Source: Eledone cirrhosa
Lineage: Eukaryota
DNA: 64,000 bases
Direction: 5' to 3'
Assembly: GCA_964016885.1 (NCBI GenBank)
Contig: OZ024752.1
Location: forward strand, 32,612,001-32,676,000
The notes under the pieces are model-generated. The model saw only the letters and a list, made by a program, of their open reading frames with translations. It did not search any database and was not told the DNA's origin. Positions 57,272-64,000 of this stretch are shown in pieces (positions within the stretch are counted from its first letter, which is position 1; the number at the start of each line of letters is the position of its first letter). The position numbers and the translations under genes are program-made.

Positions 57272-57378
57272 TTACTTGCTTTGGCAGTACATATACTAAA
57301 ATTGGAATGATACAGAAAAAATTAGCATGAGCCCTGCACAAGGATGACAAGCAAATTTGTAAAGCATTCCATATTTTT
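57272..57378 (+). pseudogene. U6: Full-length degenerate U6 snRNA copy
   Basis: 107 nt colinear with U6 (..GGCAG.ACATATACTAAAATTGGAA.GATACAGA.AA.ATTAGCATG..CCCTGC.CAAGGATGACA.GCAAATT.GT.AAGC.TTCCATATTTTT); ACAGAGA box mutated to ACAGAAA. Confidence 0.95.
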
Positions 57379-57902
57379 ATATTAGACAAAATTTAAATCT
57401 ATTTAATGTAACAATTATAAAAATATTCATTCTGTCGGATTAAAGAAAAAAATAATCTTTAAATATACTTTTTATCTATAACCTTTGATTTGTATGTAAT
57501 TTACTCCCCCCCCCCACACACATACCCTTTCCAACTATATATATTATTAATCGATGATGATGATGGGCTTCTTTTGAATTAAACATGATGTTTAGATTCT
57601 ACTAATGTATTGAGTACCTTACTTACTGAAGTTACTCCTGCTTGAACCCAAAACTCACACAGATATATATATATATATATATATACACAATTATACGTTT
57701 CTACAGCTGGATGCCCTTCCTAATGCCAACTCCTTACAGATAACACACACACACACACACACACACACCATAATACTTATATGTGTGTGTGTGTATGTAT
57801 TATATGTGTGCGTCTATGTAATATATAAGTGTATATTTAATATATATATATATGTATGAAAAAGAACACAAGAGCGTCTACAAGATCAAAAGATTTTTAT
57901 TG

Positions 57903-57947
57903 GCTTACAATGTTTCTTCCTTACGTAACCGTAGGATTTGTCAGAGC
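57903..57947 (-). ncRNA. Mutated hammerhead (core CTGACAA)
   Basis: Minus: GCT-CTGACAA-ATCCTACGGTTACGTAAGGAA-GAAAC ATT GTA-AGC; G8>A. Confidence 0.55.
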
Positions 57948-58005
57948 TATAAAAGGGGTTTGATTGGTTGGTAGAGTCCATAACACCAATCAAACCCCTT
58001 TTATA

Positions 58006-58050
58006 GCTCTGACGAATCCTACGGTTACGTAAGGACGAAACATTGTAAGC
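58006..58050 (+). ncRNA. Type-I hammerhead ribozyme, sense to the host pre-mRNA
   Basis: GCT-CTGACGA-ATCCTACG GTTA CGTAAGGAC-GAAAC ATT GTA-AGC. Confidence 0.75.
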
Positions 58051-58233
58051 GAATAAAAATCTTTTGATGTTGTAGACGCTCTTGTGTTCTTTATCATATA
58101 TACGGCTCTGCTCCAAAGCATAGAGCTAATTATTATGCTGCCAATACCTTAATGGGACACGGGTATACAATACCTAACTCATATTAACCTAAGTATATAT
58201 ATATGTATGTAATATATATTGTCTGTATTTTAG

Positions 58234-58328
58234 ATTTTAGACATTTTTGATGATGTTCCCACCAAGAAGAAAATAATGTCGAAGAAACGATCACCAAAAC
58301 GTATTCTTGGATATAAAGAGAATGTTAA
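58234..58328 (+). CDS. HLH/HMG gene exon 7 (ILDIFDDVPTKKKIMSKKRSPKRILGYKENV)
   Basis: tattttag acceptor, AA|gtaggt donor; phase 0 to 2 links exons 6 and 8 in frame. Confidence 0.72.
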
Positions 58329-58829
58329 GTAGGTTATCTTTTATTTTTATACTTTAAAAATAATTTACTGACTTAATATTTATTATTTCAATCAGACTTA
58401 GTAACGTGTAAAAAAATTATTTATATACTTGAATATGTTGCCAACAAATTAATGGTAAAATGAGTGGGGTTGGCTTATATGTGCCATCTAAACATGTGTT
58501 AATCAGCTGCCTCGGTTTATAAATGGGGTTTGAAATTTCACCTATTTCTGACATAAAATAGTGGGAGTCACCTTATAAAATGTGGTTGGTATTAGGAAGG
58601 GCTTCCAGCCATAAACACCCCTATATGAGCGAGACACAGTCACCCGACACAACTTGCCTCAAAATAGGACCCGTCTAATCCATGCTAGCGTGGAAGATGG
58701 ACGTTAATTGATGATGATGATGATGATGATATGGTATATTATTGACACATTAACAATATGTTACTGTTCAGCCCCCAAATTGATCCTGAAGTTGAAGATC
58801 TTTGTCATGATGAGGACTAGAATGATTGC

Positions 58830-60545
58830 AATCCAGGGCTATCCCACTCTTGTTTGAGGAGCCCCTCCCTGGTTGACCTACGTCCAATCCAATCCAGGGC
58901 CTTCTCACTCTTGTTTGAGGAGCCCCTCCCTGGTTGACCTACGTCCAATCCAATCCAGGGCTATCCCACTCCTGTTAGAGGAGCCCCTCCCTGGTTGACC
59001 TACGTCCAATCTAATCCAGGGATTTCCCACTCTTGTTTGAGGAGCCCCTCCCTGGTTGACCTACGTCCAATCCAGGGCCTTCTCACTCCTGTTGGAGGAA
59101 CCCCTCCCTGGTTGACCTACGTCCAATCCAGGGCGTTCTCACTCCTGTTAGAGGAGCCCCTCCCTGGTTGACCTACGTCCAATCTAATCCAGGGATTTCC
59201 CACTCTTGTTTGAGGAGCCCCTCCCTGGTTGACCTACGTCCAATCCAATCCAGGGCTATCCCACTCCTGTTAGAGGAGCCCCTCCCTGGTTGACCTACGT
59301 CCAATCTAATCCAGGGATTTCCCACTCTTGTTTGAGGAGCCCCTCCCTGGTTGACCTACGTCCAATCCAATCCAGGGCTATCCCACTCCTGTTAGAGGAG
59401 CCCCTCCCTGGTTGACCTACGTCCAATCTAATCCAGGGATTTCCCACTCTTGTTTGAGGAGCCCCTCCCTGGTTGACCTACGTCCAATCCAATCCAGGGC
59501 TATCCCACTCCTGTTAGAGGAGCCCCTCCCTGGTTGACCTACGTCCAATCTAATCCAGGGATTTCCCACTCTTGTTTGAGGAGCCCCTCCCTGGTTGACC
59601 TACGTCCAATCCAGGGCCTTCTCACTCCTGTTGGAGGAACCCCTCCCTGGTTGACCTACGTCCAATCCAGGGCGTTCTCACTCCTGTTTGAGGAACCCCT
59701 CCCTGGTTGACCTACGTCCAATCCAATCCAGGGCTATCCCACTCCTGTTAGAGGAGCCCCTCCCTGGTTGACCTACGTCCAATCTAATCCAGGGATTTCC
59801 CACTCTTGTTTGAGGAGCCCCTCCCTGGTTGACCTACGTCCAATCCAATCCAGGGCTATCCCACTCCTGTTAGAGGAGCCCCTCCCTGGTTGACCTACGT
59901 CCAATCTAATCCAGGGATTTCCCACTCTTGTTTGAGGAGCCCCTCCCTGGTTGACCTACGTCCAATCCAATCCAGGGCTATCCCACTCCTGTTAGAGGAG
60001 CCCCTCCCTGGTTGACCTACGTCCAATCTAATCCAGGGATTTCCCACTCTTGTTTGAGGAGCCCCTCCCTGGTTGACCTACGTCCAATCCAGGGCGTTCT
60101 CACTCCTGTTTGAGGAACCCCTCCCTGGTTGACCTACGTCCAATCCAGGGCCTTCTCACTCCTGTTTGAGGAACCCCTCCCTGGTTGACCTACGTCCAAT
60201 CCAGGGCGTTCTCACTCCTGTTGGAGGAACCCCTCCCTGGTTGACCTACGTCCAATCCAGGGCCTTCTCACTCCTGTTTGAGGAACCCCTCCCTGGTTGA
60301 CCTCCATCCAATCCAGGGCCTTCTCACTCCTGTTTGAGGAACCCCTCCCTGGTTGACCTACGTCCAATCCAATCCAGGGCTATCCCACTCCTGTTTGAGG
60401 AACCCCTCCCTGGTTGACCTACGTCCAATCCAATCCAGGGCTATCCCACTCCTGTTTGAGGAACCCCTCCCTGGTTGACCTACGTCCAATCCAATCCAGG
60501 GCTATCCCACTCCTGTTTGAGGAACCCCTCCCTGGTTGACCTCCA
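58830..60545. repeat. GC-rich 56-61-bp satellite, ~29 units, intronic
   Basis: Unit ccagggctatcccactcctgttagaggagcccctccctggttgacctacgtccaatccaat with alternating variants. Confidence 0.97.
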
Positions 60546-62151
60546 CCACTTTCTGTTTTGTTTTGGCCATATCTTCAGGGGTGTAGCCCTACTCACCACA
60601 CTTGGCCAATTACAGGTTGGTGAGGCTATTTAACCCATAGGTGGGGTGGATGGCCGCTGACTCAGAGGAGTTCATCCACCCTTTTAACAGCTCTTGTTTT
60701 TGTGCTGCCGATGAAAAGGACCAAAATCTTATTTTACCCGTCATCTCCCTGAGGAGTACAAACTCCTAACATGGCCTGCCAATTCTTCTTTGTAGAGTAA
60801 GAGGTAAAGTTTAGCAAGATAAGGGAACACCAGAAAAGTTTGTCAACCCTTGTTCTAGAGCAATGTTTTCTAAACTTTTTCAGACATGGAACCCTGTTTG
60901 GTTCAGAAACTTTTTGGGGACCTCAAAGTCTAATACTGTTGTATGGTTGTACTATAAATATACTCCTCTACCTTTTTTCATGGAATCCCAGACACTTCTT
61001 TGGGAACCACTGGACTAGAGCTATATTTCTTTAACTCTTAACATCTTGTAATGATTTAGTAGGAAATATCTAAAAATAAAAATAAAAATAAAATGGAGGC
61101 ACATGGCTTAGTGGTTAGAGCATTGGCCTTGCAATCGAAAGGTTGTGAGTTCAATTCTCAGACCGGGTGATGTGTTGTTTCCTTGAGCAAGACACTTTAT
61201 TTCACATTGCTCCAGTTTACTCAGCTGTAGAAATGCGATGATAGGGACTGGGGTCCCTATCATTCCACTGCAAAGTGGTTGTGGAGGTGCCATGGCAAAA
61301 AAGCACCCAGCACTCACTGTAAATGAGGTTGGTGTTAGGAAGGGCATCCAGCTGTAGAAATCAAGCCAGAATTAGTTCCCGTCTCACCCTTGCAAGCAGG
61401 GAAAAGCGGACGTAAAATGAAATGAAAAAGGGGTTTAATTCAGATATTTAAAGTATCTTCACTATTTGACAGATCATTATGAATAAATGCTACATTAGTG
61501 TAAAATCTTCTATTGTTAATGTGATGGAGTACCAATGTTATTTTTAAACCTTTCAATAATGTCTTGGTTAATGTGGCTTCATGTAGTCGTTATAGCATAT
61601 TAACCCTTTAGCATTTAAATTGGCCTTATCCAGCCAGAATTCTCTCACCTCTTTCTGTTCAAGCCAGTTGTAACTGGCAACTCATACTGATGTTAACGTA
61701 TTGTTTTCAAAATAAATAATATCAAAATCTCAGATTCGATATTATGTGAGAAAAGGCCTTTACCATGAAAATACAATAGTAAATATAGAGTAATGTGAAT
61801 GATAAAGGGTTAAGAGTTAACCCTATTTCTTTAGAACCATATTTCTTTAACCCTTTAGCATTTAAACCCCGGCCATATCACCTCTTTCTATTCAAACTGG
61901 CTGTAACTGGCTGTTCACACCTACATTAAGGTATTGTTCTCAAAATAAATAATATCAAAATCTCGTAGATTCGATATTATGTGAGATAATTATGTAAGAT
62001 AAAGCCTTTACTGTGAACATACAATAGTAAATATAGAATAATGTAAATGCTAAAGGGTTAAACTTAATATCAGATTTATGTCAACTAGAACCATAGAACC
62101 ATATTTCTGTGAAGTGGAACCATATTTTATATTTTTCTTTGTTTTCATTAG

Positions 62152-62488
62152 AAACTCCAAATGCCAAAAATGTAAAAGAAAACAAAAGAAAGTAAAAAGA
62201 ACAAAATCTAAAAAAGAAAAGAAGCCTAATCAGAAAGATTTCAGTGATAACAGAAATGTCTTTGAAGACAATAAACTGATAATAGATGAACCAGTTTGTT
62301 CCTTCAACAATTCTACGATGACATCTGAATTTCCTATCAACGGCAACAATGAAATAATTCTACAGGAAAATAAAACTTATTTACCCCCTGAAATGAGTTG
62401 GGAACTTCAAATGAATACTGACTACCCCCTCCTAGATTCTCTGTTTCAACCTTCCGTAGATTCTTGCACTCAAATTGTTTTTAATTAA
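62152..62488 (+). CDS. HLH/HMG gene terminal exon 8 (basic NLS-like stretch, acidic C-terminus, TAA)
   Basis: Long pyrimidine tract + ttag acceptor, phase 2; (K)NSKCQKCKRKQKKVKRTKSKKEKK...DSCTQIVFN*. Confidence 0.78.
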
Positions 62489-62566
62489 TTCTTTTTATTG
62501 TCTTTCATTGATTTTATTAATTTTATTAATTATGACTTTTCTTAATCTTGTTATACTGTAACTATG

Positions 62567-62567
<1 letters not shown>

Positions 62568-62612
<45 letters not shown>

Positions 62613-62990
62613 CAACTATACATACACACATTCACATGCCCATACATACACATATATACAACCAAACATACACACATTCACATGCACACACACGCACATA
62701 TATACAACTACACATACACACATTCACATGCCCATACATACAACTACACATACACATTCACATGCCCATACACACACACATACATACAACTACACATACA
62801 TACAACTACACATACACACATTCACATGGCCATACATACAACTACACATTCACATGCCCATACATACACATACATACAACTACACATACACACATTCACA
62901 TGCCCATACATACAACTACACATTCACATGCCCATACATACACATACATACAACTACACATACACACATTCACATGTCCATACACATACA
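62568..62990. repeat. (CA)/(CATA)-rich minisatellite
   Basis: Directly visible. Confidence 0.93.
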
Positions 62991-63039
62991 GTTAAATTGA
63001 TATTTTACTCATGAGTAATACACAGCTACACTTATCTAC

Positions 63040-64000
63040 ACTTAGCAACAGCTACACTCATCATCTACACTCACCATCTCCATTCACCAGCAGTTACACT
63101 CATCACCTCCACTCACCTACAACTACACTCATCACCTCCACTCACCAACAGCTACACTCATCATCTTCACTTACCAGCAGCTACACTCATCATCTTCACT
63201 TACCAGCAGCTACACTCATCATCTTCACTTACCAGCAGCTACACTTATCATCTTCACTTACCAGCAGCTACACTTATCATCTTCACTTACCAGCAGCTAC
63301 ACTCATCATCTTCACTCACCAGCAGCTACACTCATCATCACTTACCAGCAGCTACACTCATCATCTTCACTTACCAGCAGCTACACTCATCATCTTCACT
63401 TACCAGCAGCTACACTCATCATCTTCACTTACCAGCAGCTACACTCATCATCTTTACTTACCAGCAGCTACACTTATCATCTTCACTTACCAGCAGCTAC
63501 ACTTATCATCTTCACTTACCAGCAGCTACACTTATCATCTTCACTTACCAGCAGCTACACTTATCATCTTCACTTACCAGCAGCTACACTTATCATCTTC
63601 ACTTACCAGCAGCTACACTCATCATCACTTACCAGCAGCTACACTCATCATCTTCACTTACCAGCAGCTACACTTATCATCTTCACTTACCAGCAGCTAC
63701 ACTCATCATCTTCACTTACCAGCAGCTACACTTATCATCTTCACTTACCAGCAGCTACATTTATCATCTTCACTTACCAGCAGCTACACTTATCATCTTC
63801 ACTTACCAGCAGCTACACTCATCATCTTCACTTACCAGCAGCTACACTCATCATCTTCACTTACCAACAGCTACACTCATCATCTTCACTCACCAGCAGC
63901 TACACTCATCATCACTTACCAGCAGCTACACTCATCTTCACTCACCAGCAGCTACACTCATCATCACTTACCAGCAGCTACACTCATCATCTTCACTTAT
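63040..64000. repeat. 29-bp satellite (ccagcagctacactcatcatcttcactta)n running off the window
   Basis: Period 29 (63174, 63203, ...). Confidence 0.96.

Larger units (their letters stand above)
57852..58192. mobile_element. Palindromic mini-element (arms ~57852-57969 / 57984-58102) with two outward-facing hammerheads, in intron 6
   Basis: Inverted repeat flanked by (TA)n; the right arm has a ~90-nt extension. Confidence 0.8.

Overview
AT-rich, microsatellite- and transposon-dense eukaryotic (animal) DNA; the SINE/LINE repertoire and huge (TA)n tracts suggest a mollusc, probably an octopus (inference). Nearly all long ORFs in the supplied track are artefacts of simple repeats. Real content: (1) one spliced + strand gene that I assembled by hand from 8 phase-compatible GT-AG exons (35251-62488; 767 aa from ATG 35286). 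It encodes a degenerate helix-loop-helix followed by a SOX/HBP1/CIC/BBX-type HMG box. (2) Two truncated Penelope-like elements (PLEs, GIY-YIG endonuclease) with inverted pseudo-LTRs, three tiny non-coding palindromic elements and one solo copy, all carrying type-I hammerhead ribozyme folds and all next to (TA)n. This recurring 'outward-facing double hammerhead palindrome' is the most striking pattern. (3) A decayed near-full-length R4/Dong-like RLE LINE, RTE LINE fragments, two abundant tRNA-derived SINE families, piggyBac-like MITEs, and Merlin, mariner and Helitron-like relics. (4) A full-length CpG-decayed U6 pseudogene and several minisatellites.
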